24,000 nt of DNA from Marinococcus luteus (lineage in GTDB: Bacteria > Bacillota > Bacilli > Bacillales > Marinococcaceae): NCBI RefSeq assembly GCF_900106595.1, contig NZ_FNNC01000004.1, positions 124,305 through 148,304 on the forward strand, in the 5' to 3' direction. Under the pieces are notes generated by a model, which did no database searches, had not been told where the DNA came from, and worked only from the letters and a program-made list of their open reading frames with translations. Positions 15,850 through 24,000 of the stretch are shown here, piece after piece (within the stretch, counting starts at the first letter, position 1; every line of letters begins with the position of its first letter). Position numbers and translations under genes: made by a program.

Positions 15850-15862
15850 CCCCCCTCCCCCC
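15850..15862. repeat. C6-T-C6 homopolymer pair (G6-A-G6 on the minus strand)
   Basis: Read directly: agCCCCCCTCCCCCCtttt. It lies 4 nt upstream of the sigma-B-type -35 in the divergent intergenic region. Confidence 0.9.
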
Positions 15863-15908
15863 TTTTGCTTCGGCCCGTCAATATATACGGTGAAAGGAGG
15901 TGAGACAC

Positions 15909-16133
15909 ATGGCTCAACTAACAAAAACCGATCTTTCTTTTGAGTTTTATTTAGGCCCCGGCGAAGACGGCAGCGGCGAATACAAGCGAAAAACATTCCG
16001 CAACATAAACCCTGAAATTTCAGACGATGACCTGCAGGAAATCGCGGATGGTATTGCTGCTCTCCAGCCTCACGTCGTGCAAAGCGTACAGCGCAACAAT
16101 GAGTACAACATGCAGGCCCCGGCCCCGTTGTAA
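15909..16133 (+). CDS. Small acidic protein, DUF1659-like (74 aa)
   Basis: ATG 15909 lies 6 nt after AAAGGAGGTG. The sequence is MAQLTKTDLSFEFYLGPGEDGSGEYKRKTFRNINPEISDDDLQEIADGIAALQ.... The family assignment is from memory of the DUF1659/DUF2922/YvrJ trio seen in Firmicutes. Confidence 0.7.
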   Translation: MAQLTKTDLSFEFYLGPGEDGSGEYKRKTFRNINPEISDDDLQEIADGIAALQPHVVQSVQRNNEYNMQAPAPL

Positions 16134-16166
16134 AACCGGAAGTGATTTTAAGCACAGGAGGTGAAG

Positions 16167-16391
16167 ATGATGAGCAAACAACTGCAGCTGCGTTTTGAAA
16201 GTGATTTCGGCAAAGCTACTACTCTTTCTATCGAAGAGCCGGCAGAACCGGTGGATGAAATGGCAGTAGAGGCCTTAATGGACACCATTATTGCTAAGGA
16301 AGCCGTTTTCACAAGTGATGGCATTGTCACTAAAAAAGTGTACGCAAGAGTCGTAGAACGAAACGTAGACACTATCTGGGAAACCAATTAA
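16167..16391 (+). CDS. Small acidic protein, DUF2922-like (74 aa)
   Basis: AGGAGGTG lies at 16156-16163, with tandem ATGs at 16167 and 16170. The sequence is MMSKQLQLRFESDFGKATTLSIEEPAEPVDEMAVEALMDTIIAKEAVFTSDG.... Confidence 0.7.
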   Translation: MMSKQLQLRFESDFGKATTLSIEEPAEPVDEMAVEALMDTIIAKEAVFTSDGIVTKKVYARVVERNVDTIWETN

Positions 16392-16398
16392 TCCGATG

Positions 16399-16429
16399 CC
16401 CTCAGCCTCTTCGGCTGGGGGATTCTTTA
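16399..16429 (+). terminator. GC-rich hairpin between the second and third small genes (partial terminator or attenuator)
   Basis: CCCTCAGCC-tcttc-GGCTGGGGG forms 9 bp including one G-U pair, followed by attcttta (a weak U tail). Confidence 0.4.
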
Positions 16430-16445
16430 TAAAGGAGGATTTTTC

Positions 16446-16634
16446 ATGGAGGAATGGATACAGCTGGCCGGAGACCAGGGAGCGGCTGTCGCACTTGCCT
16501 TTTTTCTTGTTTACCGGATGGAGCGGAAATTGGATACGCTCATCTGGACCGTGCAAAGGCAGAGCGAACAGCTTTTCTCATCTTCGAGAAACGCTAAACC
16601 ACCAAAGAATTCCATGCATATCAAGAAACCATAA
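16446..16634 (+). CDS. YvrJ-family small membrane protein (62 aa)
   Basis: AAAGGAGG lies 8 nt upstream. The sequence MEEWIQLAGDQGAAVALAFFLVYRMERKLDTL matches the YvrJ pattern as I recall it (ME.W......GFP..V..YLL.R.E.KLD.L). The C-terminal tail is basic. Confidence 0.7.
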   Translation: MEEWIQLAGDQGAAVALAFFLVYRMERKLDTLIWTVQRQSEQLFSSSRNAKPPKNSMHIKKP

Positions 16635-16636
16635 AC

Positions 16637-16665
16637 AAAAGCCAGCCGGAATCCGGCTGGCTTTT
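16637..16665. terminator. Bidirectional terminator between yvrJ-like and rodA
   Basis: AAAAGCCAGCCGG-aat-CCGGCTGGCTTTT is a 13-bp stem with T-runs on both strands. It overlaps the rodA stop codon. Confidence 0.75.
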
Positions 16666-17845
16666 ACTGGTTTTTGTGGTGGGCAAAGAAATAATTTTTT
16701 GAATGATAGCGCACACTCATTACGATGCCTAAAATAAACATGGTCCCGACGAGCGAGCTTCCTCCGTAACTGAGAAGCGGAAGCGTAAAACCGGTGACCG
16801 GAAGAAGACCAAGGCTTTGCCCGATATTTTGAAATACCTGAAAAGCAAACAATCCAATAACACCCGCACAAATGTATTTGCCGTATGCGTTATGCGACCG
16901 CATGCTGATCAGAAGAATCTGGTACAGCAGCACAAAATAAAGTGTAATAACCATAGCTCCGCCCAGAAAACCGTGCACAGAGCCGACAACAGCAAAAATG
17001 AAATCCGTGTGGGCTTCCGGAATATACACCTGATCCCCGTCGTTGCCAAACAACCTTCCGGAACCGATAGCCGTCAATGCTCTTGCTGTTTGAAAACCAG
17101 CGTCCTGATTTTCAAACGGGTTCAGCCATCCCTGGATTCTGCTCACCTGATAAGGATCCATATTGGAAAATACAAACCGCTCCATCAAATTAGGAAACTG
17201 GAAAAAAGAAATGACAAATCCAAGTATTGCTAAAAGCGGGCCACCGATAGCTACTGCCAATATTTTATAGGAAATACCCGAGACCACTAAAAGAGAAACG
17301 AAAATAGCTCCTACGAGCATGACACTCCCCATGTCCGGCTGTGTGGCCAGAAGCAGAATGACGGGAAGGGTCGGCAGAAACATTTTCCCTATAAGTATAA
17401 AATCAGAGCGCATGTTTTTGCTTCCACTGTACTCTGTATGGTGATTATAAATGATGGCGCTGAGCGTCAAAATCAGAAAAATTCTCATAAATTCTGCCGG
17501 CTGAAACTGGCCGAGACCCGGTATTACATACCATGACTGCGCCCCATTAATCACTGGAGCAATGCTTGCCGGAGCGACCAACAGGCCTGCTAAAAGAGCC
17601 AGTCCAAAAGCATATAAAAACCAGTGAAGTACCAGATAATACTCAAAATCAAAATGTAGAACCACCATCATAATGGCAAAAGCCAGGACGAAAAAAATAA
17701 TCTGCTGAATCATAAAATTGCCTTCGTATTGTCCGAGCTGCTGAGCCTGAAAAATATAGAAACAGCTGACTACTGCGAACAAAAACAATACAAACATCAT
17801 ATTGATATCATACTGTTTTTCTTCGGTCGATTGATGTAAACTCAT
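16664..17845 (-). CDS. rodA: SEDS-family peptidoglycan glycosyltransferase (RodA-like)
   Basis: 393 aa and polytopic. The segment AQQLGQYEGNFMIQQIIFFVLAFAIMMVVLHFDFE resembles B. subtilis RodA (AGQFGQYGNTDWIQQIVFY...). It also contains PEAHTDFIFAVVG and LPVTGFTLPLLSYGGSS. RodA versus FtsW paralogy is not fully certain. Confidence 0.8.
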   Translation of the reverse strand: MSLHQSTEEKQYDINMMFVLFLFAVVSCFYIFQAQQLGQYEGNFMIQQIIFFVLAFAIMMVVLHFDFEYYLVLHWFLYAFGLALLAGLLVAPASIAPVINGAQSWYVIPGLGQFQPAEFMRIFLILTLSAIIYNHHTEYSGSKNMRSDFILIGKMFLPTLPVILLLATQPDMGSVMLVGAIFVSLLVVSGISYKILAVAIGGPLLAILGFVISFFQFPNLMERFVFSNMDPYQVSRIQGWLNPFENQDAGFQTARALTAIGSGRLFGNDGDQVYIPEAHTDFIFAVVGSVHGFLGGAMVITLYFVLLYQILLISMRSHNAYGKYICAGVIGLFAFQVFQNIGQSLGLLPVTGFTLPLLSYGGSSLVGTMFILGIVMSVRYHSKNYFFAHHKNQ

Positions 17846-18004
17846 GGAAGCATGTCCCCATTATATAAAATTTCGAACGCACGCTGCCTGGCGTCGCTGT
17901 TAACATCATACCTTGTTCTATCTGCGGCGTACAGTCCTGTGACTATATTTCCCCTGTCCGTTTCCTTCTTTAATTTACGTTTCACTCATAACAAAAAGGA
18001 CTCT

Positions 18005-18025
18005 TTCTCCTATAGTAAAGGAGAA
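18005..18025 (-). terminator. Weak hairpin after cheW
   Basis: The minus strand reads TTCTCC-tttactata-GGAGAA, then agagtccTTTTTg. The stem is short and the U-run is offset. Confidence 0.3.
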
Positions 18026-18037
18026 CAGCCCCGGGAA

Positions 18038-18490
18038 TCAAACAGACGCCGTTTCCAGAGATTCGGCTACTGCGTGAACATTTAAAAGAGTAAATATGCG
18101 GCTTTCTTTCTTGATCACGTTTTTTAAATACATCTGTTCTTCTTTCGACGCCGCCTGAGGAGGCGCCACGACTTCACTTTCAAACACGTCCATCACATCG
18201 TTTGCTGCGTCAACTATAAGACCGGCATGATTGCCTTCAAGAGCTAAAATTAAAATCCGGGTTTCTTCTGTATAAGGAACTTCTTCATAGGAGAGCCTTT
18301 TTCGAAGATCTATGATCGGGATAATGACGCCCCGCAAATTAATGACGCCGCGTATACTTTTTTCAGCATTTGGTATACGGATGAAATTCTGCATCCGTTC
18401 AATCGACTGGACATGATTTACTTCAACCCCGTATTCTTCGGCCTCCAATCGGAATATAATGACTTTTTTCACAGCATTTTCTTCCGTCAT
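18038..18490 (-). CDS. cheW: Chemotaxis coupling protein CheW
   Basis: 150 aa. Contains VIIFRLEAEEYGVEVNHVQSIERM...IRGVINLRGVIIPIIDLRKRL. The SD TAAGGAGG overlaps the cheA stop. Confidence 0.9.
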   Translation of the reverse strand: MTEENAVKKVIIFRLEAEEYGVEVNHVQSIERMQNFIRIPNAEKSIRGVINLRGVIIPIIDLRKRLSYEEVPYTEETRILILALEGNHAGLIVDAANDVMDVFESEVVAPPQAASKEEQMYLKNVIKKESRIFTLLNVHAVAESLETASV

Positions 18491-18502
18491 AATACTTCCT
18501 CC

Positions 18503-20473
18503 TTACAATAGAGCATTTGTCTCTACAATTAATGCTACATTACCATCTCCAAGAATCGTCGCTCCTGATATGGCGCGTACGTCCCGCAGGTAATGGCCGA
18601 GTGATTTCAATACGACATCCTGCTGGCCAATAAAACTGTCGACAACCAGAGCGGCCATCTTTTCTCCTTTATGCACGACTACGACAGAGTAATTTTCACG
18701 GTCCCACTCCCGCTCCACCGGGACTTCAAATACATCCTCCAAAAACATCACCGGAATAATATTTCCGCGAAAATCGATCATTTTCCGCTTGTGCACATAA
18801 AAAATGCTGCTGCTCTTAATACTTGCTGTCTCTACGATAGAAGTAAGCGGCAGTCCGTAATGATCTTCACCTACATCAACAAGCATCACATCAATAATCG
18901 ACAGGGTCAGGGGAAGCTGAATACTGAACCTGGTTCCTCTTCCTTTTTCAGAATGCACGCTGATGACGCCGCCAAGTGATTCAAACGTATTCTTTACTAC
19001 GTCCAGACCAACCCCGCGTCCTGACAGATCAGTCACTTCATCAACGGTGCTGAAGCCTGCTGAAAAAATGAATTGATGAACGTCGTAATCCGTAAGCGTA
19101 TCAGCATCTTCGGCAGCTATTACTTCATTTTCCACGGCCTTTTTGAGCACACGTTCACGGTCGATTCCGCCGCCGTCATCCTCAATTTCAATATACACAT
19201 GATTGCCGCTGTGATAAGCACGCAGCTCGACATGACCCTCTTCCGGCTTGCCGTCCCGCTTTCTCTTTTCCGGCATTTCAATTCCATGGTCGATCGAATT
19301 TCGTATAAGGTGAACGAGCGGATCGCCGATTTCATCGATAATAGAACGATCAAGTTCTGTCTCTGCACCAATGACTTCAAGCCCGATTTTTTTACCAAGA
19401 TCTCTCGACAGGCTGCGCACCATTTTCGGGAAACGACTGAATACCTGATCGACCGGGACCATCCGCATATGTAAAATAATTTCCTGCAGGCTCCCGGTTG
19501 TCCGTGACATTCTTTCGACTGTTTCTGTCAACTCACTGCTTCGTATTTCCCCGGATATACGCTCGAGGCGTCCCCGGTCGATAACCAGCTCTTCAAAAAG
19601 GTTCATCAATTTATCCAGCCGGTCGATATTGACCCGGATGGTTTTGTTCGTTTCTGTACGCTTACGATCCGGCGAGCTGACTTCTTTTGCATCCGGAGAC
19701 GGTGCTTTTTCCAAACTTTCCTGGTTGTCTGTGGTCGTCGTTATTTCAATTACCTCTGCCACCACTGTTTCGATTTCCGAAATAGAAGCCACCCGGTTGA
19801 TCAGCTCTTCTTTTGCAGCGGTTGTTACTACTGCTGCGGTAAATTCGTTATTAAATCGCTCCGCTTCAATATCTGAAGCTTCCGGCACTGATTTAATAAC
19901 GTGACCGTCTGCTTCAAGAGCTTCAAATACCATATAGGCACGTGCTGCTTTTAACATGGCGTTTTCCTCAAGGGTGACTTGCACCGCATATGCCTGCATG
20001 CCGCTTTCCACGGACTGTGCGATCACTGCCCGGTCGTATTCATTCCAATCCATATTGATACTGGTCTTTTCTTTTGTTTCCTGCTCTGCCTCAGGCCGCG
20101 TGCTTTGGCCAAGCAGCTTTGCCGTAATAGCCTGTATATCCTTTTTCCCCTCACCGCCGGAAGCAATATCCTCTACAATCTCTTCGGCAACATCTGCTGC
20201 TTCAAGCAGTACATCCATTGTTTCCGTATCTGCGAGTTTCGTTTTTTCACGCATTTGGTCGAGAACATTTTCGAGGGCGTGCGTAACATTCGTTAAATCC
20301 TCATATCCCATCGTTCCGGCCATGCCTTTCATGGTATGGGCCGAACGAAAAATTTCCCCAATGATCGTTTCATCCTCCGGCTGCTTTTCGAGTTCCAGCA
20401 GATGAACGTTAATCGCCTGAATGTGCTCCTGGCTTTCTTCAATAAACATATCCAAATATTCTGTATGGCTCAT
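18503..20473 (-). CDS. cheA: Chemotaxis histidine kinase CheA
   Basis: 656 aa from ATG 20471-20473, with GGCGGAGG 7 nt upstream. The Hpt site is FRSAHTMKGMAG. The HATPase segments are IEIEDDGGGID and LSGRGVGLDVV. A CheW-like domain sits at the C-terminus. The 51 upstream codons of the track ORF cross the promoter region. Confidence 0.9.
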   Translation of the reverse strand: MSHTEYLDMFIEESQEHIQAINVHLLELEKQPEDETIIGEIFRSAHTMKGMAGTMGYEDLTNVTHALENVLDQMREKTKLADTETMDVLLEAADVAEEIVEDIASGGEGKKDIQAITAKLLGQSTRPEAEQETKEKTSINMDWNEYDRAVIAQSVESGMQAYAVQVTLEENAMLKAARAYMVFEALEADGHVIKSVPEASDIEAERFNNEFTAAVVTTAAKEELINRVASISEIETVVAEVIEITTTTDNQESLEKAPSPDAKEVSSPDRKRTETNKTIRVNIDRLDKLMNLFEELVIDRGRLERISGEIRSSELTETVERMSRTTGSLQEIILHMRMVPVDQVFSRFPKMVRSLSRDLGKKIGLEVIGAETELDRSIIDEIGDPLVHLIRNSIDHGIEMPEKRKRDGKPEEGHVELRAYHSGNHVYIEIEDDGGGIDRERVLKKAVENEVIAAEDADTLTDYDVHQFIFSAGFSTVDEVTDLSGRGVGLDVVKNTFESLGGVISVHSEKGRGTRFSIQLPLTLSIIDVMLVDVGEDHYGLPLTSIVETASIKSSSIFYVHKRKMIDFRGNIIPVMFLEDVFEVPVEREWDRENYSVVVVHKGEKMAALVVDSFIGQQDVVLKSLGHYLRDVRAISGATILGDGNVALIVETNALL

Positions 20474-20537
20474 GCCCGTACCTCCGCCTTTTGAACTCAA
20501 TACTAATTGATAGTGCACTGTCGCTTCTTCTCTTTTT

Positions 20538-20564
20538 ATATCGACAGGCGGGAGCAGGTATTTG
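20538..20564 (-). promoter_or_regulatory. Candidate sigma-D-type promoter for cheA-cheW (CAAA-N15-GTCGATAT)
   Basis: The minus strand reads ctCAAAtacctgctcccgcctGTCGATATaaaa. The B. subtilis SigD consensus is TAAA-N15-GCCGATAT. It lies about 65 nt upstream of the ATG. Confidence 0.4.
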
Positions 20565-20644
20565 AGATAACATCCGGTTAAATTTTTTCTTTTAGGGAGT
20601 TCATTCAATTGACTGCGTGTCTGCAAAAGGACTTAGGAAAGTAT

Positions 20645-20671
20645 AAAAAGTCCCCACCCTCAGGTGGAGAC
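20645..20671 (-). terminator. Intrinsic terminator after phoU
   Basis: The minus strand reads GTCTCCACC-tgag-GGTGGGGAC (one mismatch) followed by TTTTTAT. Confidence 0.65.
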
Positions 20672-20684
20672 CTCCTGTACATGT

Positions 20685-21341
20685 TTAGTTTAAATCAAAA
20701 TGATGTCCGTTTACTTCATAGACAACCCATTCTGCCAGATTAGTCGTATGGTCTGCGAACCGCTCGATATATCGGCCGATGAAAGACAGCTGAGTAATAT
20801 CTTCCAGCAGCACTTCATCAGCATTTTGCCGAAGCTGTTTCTGGATAAACAATTTGTATTTACTGTCCACATGATCGTCTAACGAAGCAACACGCTGGGC
20901 ATGCATCAATTCCTGATTTTCATATGCTTCCATCGCCTGGTCAAACATCTGCTTGGCGATTTCCGCCATATCAATTAACTGGTCGATATCCTCGCGGCTT
21001 CTATTTTCACTCAGCCTAGATGAAGCTTTTGCAATATCCACCGCGATATCTGCCATCCGCTCGAGGTCACTAGCCATTTTTAAAGCCACGATACACCGGC
21101 GCAGGTCTGTAGCCACCGGCTGCTGCTTGGCAATAGTCAGTGTTGCAGCATCCATGATTTTAAGCTCCATGGAATTAATATTTTTATCATCGGTAACAAT
21201 CTCCCGGGCTAGTGACTGATTATCGTTGGTTTTTAACGCGAGCAGTGATTGGTCGAAAGCATACTTTACATATTTGCCCATGTTGAGTATTTCCTGCTTT
21301 AAATACGTCAAATCCTGCTCGTACGCCTTTCGAACGCCCAT
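20685..21341 (-). CDS. phoU: Phosphate signalling regulator PhoU
   Basis: 218 aa from ATG 21339-21341. The longer track ORF would overlap the pstB 3' end. The two PhoU repeats include ASDLERMADIAVDIA and IGRYIERFADHTTNLAEWV. Confidence 0.85.
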   Translation of the reverse strand: MGVRKAYEQDLTYLKQEILNMGKYVKYAFDQSLLALKTNDNQSLAREIVTDDKNINSMELKIMDAATLTIAKQQPVATDLRRCIVALKMASDLERMADIAVDIAKASSRLSENRSREDIDQLIDMAEIAKQMFDQAMEAYENQELMHAQRVASLDDHVDSKYKLFIQKQLRQNADEVLLEDITQLSFIGRYIERFADHTTNLAEWVVYEVNGHHFDLN

Positions 21342-21363
21342 TATCCCGCCTCTTTCTTCCGGA

Positions 21364-22182
21364 TCAGCCGAACCTGCCGGAAATATAATCTTCCGTTTCT
21401 TTTTTCGCCGGCGAAGAAAAGATTTTATCTGTTTGATCATATTCTACAATAACACCGTTCAAAAAGAAGGCAGTATTATCTGAAATACGGGCTGCCTGCT
21501 GCATATTGTGGGTAACAATGACGATCGTGTAGTCTTTTTTCAGCTCCTGGATCAGTTCTTCAATCTTCAGCGTAGAAATTGGATCCAGTGCAGAAGTAGG
21601 CTCATCCATTAAAATGATGTCAGGTTCAATTGCCAGGCAGCGGGCGATACAAAGACGCTGCTGCTGGCCGCCGGAAAGTCCGAAAGCATTTTCTTTCAGC
21701 CGGTCTTTTGTTTCGTCCCAGATAGCCGCTTTTTTCAGGCTTTTTTCCACGATTTCATCAAGCGTCTTTTTATCTTTGATGCCATGAATTTTCGGACCGT
21801 ATATTACATTTTCATAAATTGATTTGGGAAATGGGTTCGGATTTTGAAACACCATTCCTACTTTAGTACGAAGGTACTCGACACTAAAATCCTTTGCAAA
21901 AATCTCGTTTTCCCGATACTTGATGGAACCATTCGTCTTTACAATCGGATTCATTTCAGTCATCCGGTTTAAGGTTTTAATAAATGTTGATTTCCCGCAG
22001 CCCGAAGGACCGATAATGGCTGTTACAGACTTTTCCGGAATCTCCATCGAAATATCCTGAAGCGCGTGATTATCAGCGTACCAGAGGTTCAACTGCTCTA
22101 CGTTATAGGCAAGCGGCGCTTTTTCCTCTGTATTCATGGTTTTATTTCCTTCTCCTGAACGGTTTTCATGCTTAGTTTGCAT
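21364..22182 (-). CDS. pstB: Phosphate ABC transporter ATP-binding protein PstB
   Basis: Walker A is GPSGCGKST, the signature is LSGGQQQRL, and Walker B is [12 protein letters not shown] chose ATG 22180-22182 (AAAGGGG 7 nt upstream, after the pstA stop). An alternative start is ATG 22135-22137 (MNTEEK, with GAAGGA upstream). Confidence 0.88.
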   Translation of the reverse strand: MQTKHENRSGEGNKTMNTEEKAPLAYNVEQLNLWYADNHALQDISMEIPEKSVTAIIGPSGCGKSTFIKTLNRMTEMNPIVKTNGSIKYRENEIFAKDFSVEYLRTKVGMVFQNPNPFPKSIYENVIYGPKIHGIKDKKTLDEIVEKSLKKAAIWDETKDRLKENAFGLSGGQQQRLCIARCLAIEPDIILMDEPTSALDPISTLKIEELIQELKKDYTIVIVTHNMQQAARISDNTAFFLNGVIVEYDQTDKIFSSPAKKETEDYISGRFG

Positions 22183-22210
22183 CTGGCTTCCCCTTTCTTT
22201 GGTACCTATA

Positions 22211-23110
22211 TTAAAAACGTTTTTGGAATTTAGTCCGGATGAATACGGCAATTGAGTTCATGAAAAAGAGCATCAGCAGTATGATAATAATTCCTGCCGC
22301 CGCAATGTTTTGAAATTCCTCCTGTGGACGTCCGGTCCAGTCATAAATCTGAACTGGCATCGCAGTAAAGTTTGAAAACAGATCTGACGGTGTGGAAGCA
22401 ACATATGTCAGTGCACCAATTACCAGGATTGGGGCTGTCTCACCAATCGCCCGCGAGAGTGCCAAAATAGTACCTGTCAGTATTCCCGGAAGAGATGTAG
22501 GAATAACAATTCTGAAGATTGTCTGCCATTTAGTTGCTCCCATCGCGTAGGAGGCCTGTTTAACGTCTGTCGGAACCGCATTAATAGCCTCCCTGGAGGC
22601 GACAACGATAATAGGAAGAACAAGCAGGGACAGCGTCAGTCCCCCTGCCAAAACGCTCGCTCCCAAACCCAGGAGACGGTTGAAAATCGTAAGCCCCAAA
22701 AGCCCGAACACAACAGACGGGACACCGGCAAGATTGGAAATGTTCGTTTGAAGCAGCTTGGTAAATCTGTTTACAGGAGCGTATTCCTCCATATAAACAG
22801 CGGTGCCAACGCCTAAAACAAAAGAAAGCGGTGCTGCTACAACCATCAGCCAAATTGTCCCTGCCAGCGCAGCCAGCATTCCTGCGTCTTCAGCGTTTCT
22901 TGAAGCAAAGTTTACGATAAGGTCCCAGCTTAAAAAACCAATTCCTTGAGTGAGTATTCGTATGAGCAATACGATAAGCATCAGTATGCTAAAAGCCATC
23001 GCTCCGAAACAAATGCCTTTAAACGCCTTATTCCAAATATGCCTTTTGCTCAGCCGCTGAGTATTTTCTTCGTATCTTTCATTAGATACTGTTGTATCTG
23101 CAAATTTCAT
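22211..23110 (-). CDS. pstA: Phosphate ABC transporter permease PstA
   Basis: 299 aa and polytopic. The permease loop reads [39 protein letters not shown]. The gene abuts the pstC stop. Confidence 0.9.
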   Translation of the reverse strand: MKFADTTVSNERYEENTQRLSKRHIWNKAFKGICFGAMAFSILMLIVLLIRILTQGIGFLSWDLIVNFASRNAEDAGMLAALAGTIWLMVVAAPLSFVLGVGTAVYMEEYAPVNRFTKLLQTNISNLAGVPSVVFGLLGLTIFNRLLGLGASVLAGGLTLSLLVLPIIVVASREAINAVPTDVKQASYAMGATKWQTIFRIVIPTSLPGILTGTILALSRAIGETAPILVIGALTYVASTPSDLFSNFTAMPVQIYDWTGRPQEEFQNIAAAGIIIILLMLFFMNSIAVFIRTKFQKRF

Positions 23111-24000
23111 TTAGTAATCCTCCCGGAATCGTCGAGAAATGTAATGAGCCAACAGGTTCATCGCCAGAGTAAATACAAACAATGTCATACCGACAGCATA
23201 AATACTGTAATAGATCGGCGTTCCAAAACCAGCGTCTCCTTTAACTACCTGCACAATGTACGCTGTCATTGTCTGCACCGCCCCTGTCGGGTCGATTCCC
23301 ATGCCCGGGCTGGCACCACCTGCCACTGACACGATCATTGTCTCCCCGATCGCACGTGAAATGCCAAGGACGAAGGAGGCAATGACGCCCGATAAAGCTG
23401 CCGGCAAAACTACTTTCACGGTTACTTCCATACGCGTGGCTCCTAAAGCGAAAGCCCCTTCCCGGATCGAATTGGGCACCGAACTCATCGCATCCTCTGA
23501 AAGGCTCGCAATCATTGGAATAATCATTACGCCTATTATAATCCCTGGGCTCAATGCGTTGAAAACGTCCAACCCGGGTATAACAGCCCTTAGAATCGGT
23601 GTCACAAAAGTAAGAGCAAAAAAACCATAAACAATAGTTGGAATACCAGCCAATACTTCTAAAACTGGTTTAACAGTTTTGCGGACTTTTTCTGACGCAT
23701 ACTCACTCAAATAAATGGCGGCACCCAGTCCGAACGGAATGGCTACCATCATGGCAATACCGGCGACCAATAACGTGCCATTGACTAACGGCCAGATACC
23801 GTACTGCGGCTCCGAAAAGAATGGATACCATTCAGTGGAAGCAAAAAAATCAGCAAACGGCACACCACGGAAAAAGGTCACTGTTTCAAACAATAACGTA
23901 AACACAATACCCAAAGTCGTTAATATCGAAATAATTGCACACAATAAAAAGACGGCCGGCATCAGCTTTTCCATAAAGCTCGAAGAACCGGAGCCCTTTG
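23111..24000 (-). CDS. pstC: Phosphate ABC transporter permease PstC (5' end probably beyond the window)
   Basis: The permease loop reads [38 protein letters not shown]. The first in-window ATG is at 23972-23974, but the frame stays open to position 24000 (...[12 protein letters not shown]). PstC proteins usually have about 20-30 more N-terminal residues. Confidence 0.85.
   Translation of the reverse strand, partial: KGSGSSSFMEKLMPAVFLLCAIISILTTLGIVFTLLFETVTFFRGVPFADFFASTEWYPFFSEPQYGIWPLVNGTLLVAGIAMMVAIPFGLGAAIYLSEYASEKVRKTVKPVLEVLAGIPTIVYGFFALTFVTPILRAVIPGLDVFNALSPGIIIGVMIIPMIASLSEDAMSSVPNSIREGAFALGATRMEVTVKVVLPAALSGVIASFVLGISRAIGETMIVSVAGGASPGMGIDPTGAVQTMTAYIVQVVKGDAGFGTPIYYSIYAVGMTLFVFTLAMNLLAHYISRRFREDY

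Noticed and set aside
17852-18085. 77-aa plus-strand ORF in the rodA/cheW intergenic region
   Set aside because: It has no usable SD, overlaps the cheW 3' end antisense, and covers the presumed rodA promoter. Its composition is not protein-like.
19629-20405. 91-149-aa plus-strand ORFs antisense to cheA (Ser-rich, e.g. ...SSATSAASSSTSIVSVSAS...)
   Set aside because: They are the antisense of the acidic, Glu/Asp-rich CheA linker. This is a typical shadow-frame artefact.
20474-20626. N-terminal extensions offered by the ORF track for cheA (also mgtE 13128-13190, phoU 21342-21440, pstB 22183-22251, SDR 15785-15847, CPBP 15075-15098, ydaP 5946-5969, ydaT 3168-3221, dcd 9117-9164)
   Set aside because: In each case an internal start has a strong SD at proper spacing and gives the family-typical N-terminus. 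The extensions overlap the upstream gene, the promoter or the SD itself.
1-24000. Window-wide look for CRISPR repeats, IS or transposase ends, integrases, tRNA/rRNA genes, toxin-antitoxin pairs or defence-system genes
   Set aside because: None seen. No regularly spaced direct repeats, no recombinase-like ORFs, and every large ORF has an ordinary housekeeping or stress assignment.

Overview
This window looks like ordinary core chromosome of a Bacillaceae-type Firmicute. The gene content and local synteny resemble those of Bacillus subtilis. I support 28 protein-coding genes, most on the minus strand. They are: a biotin carboxylase (5' part only, 3' end off-window), a DDAH/amidinotransferase-fold enzyme plus pterin-4a-carbinolamine dehydratase, a general-stress block (YdaT-like, YtxG/YtxH-like, YdaP-type pyruvate oxidase), queCDEF, dcd, a small IDEAL-domain protein, a hypothetical protein, a stand-alone KtrC-type RCK protein, NsrR, mgtE behind a clear M-box riboswitch, an LCP transferase, a CPBP protease, an atypical SDR, three tiny uncharacterised proteins (DUF1659-like, DUF2922-like, YvrJ-like), rodA, cheW-cheA, and phoU-pstB-pstA-pstC (pstC runs off the window). 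Most junctions carry readable intrinsic terminators. I found no tRNA, rRNA, CRISPR array, IS or phage gene, or recognisable defence or toxin system, and I see no convincing accessory island. The observations most worth a second look are modest. (1) Five sigma-B-type promoter motifs (GTTTnn-N14/15-GGGnAn) sit at the right distance from five genes. (2) About 250 nt upstream of the IDEAL-domain gene is unassigned. (3) The three tiny proteins form a module of unknown function. (4) A perfect 22-bp palindrome overlaps the mgtE/M-box promoter. (5) The queC leader has no recognisable preQ1 riboswitch. All family assignments come from reading translations against remembered family motifs; no searches were run.
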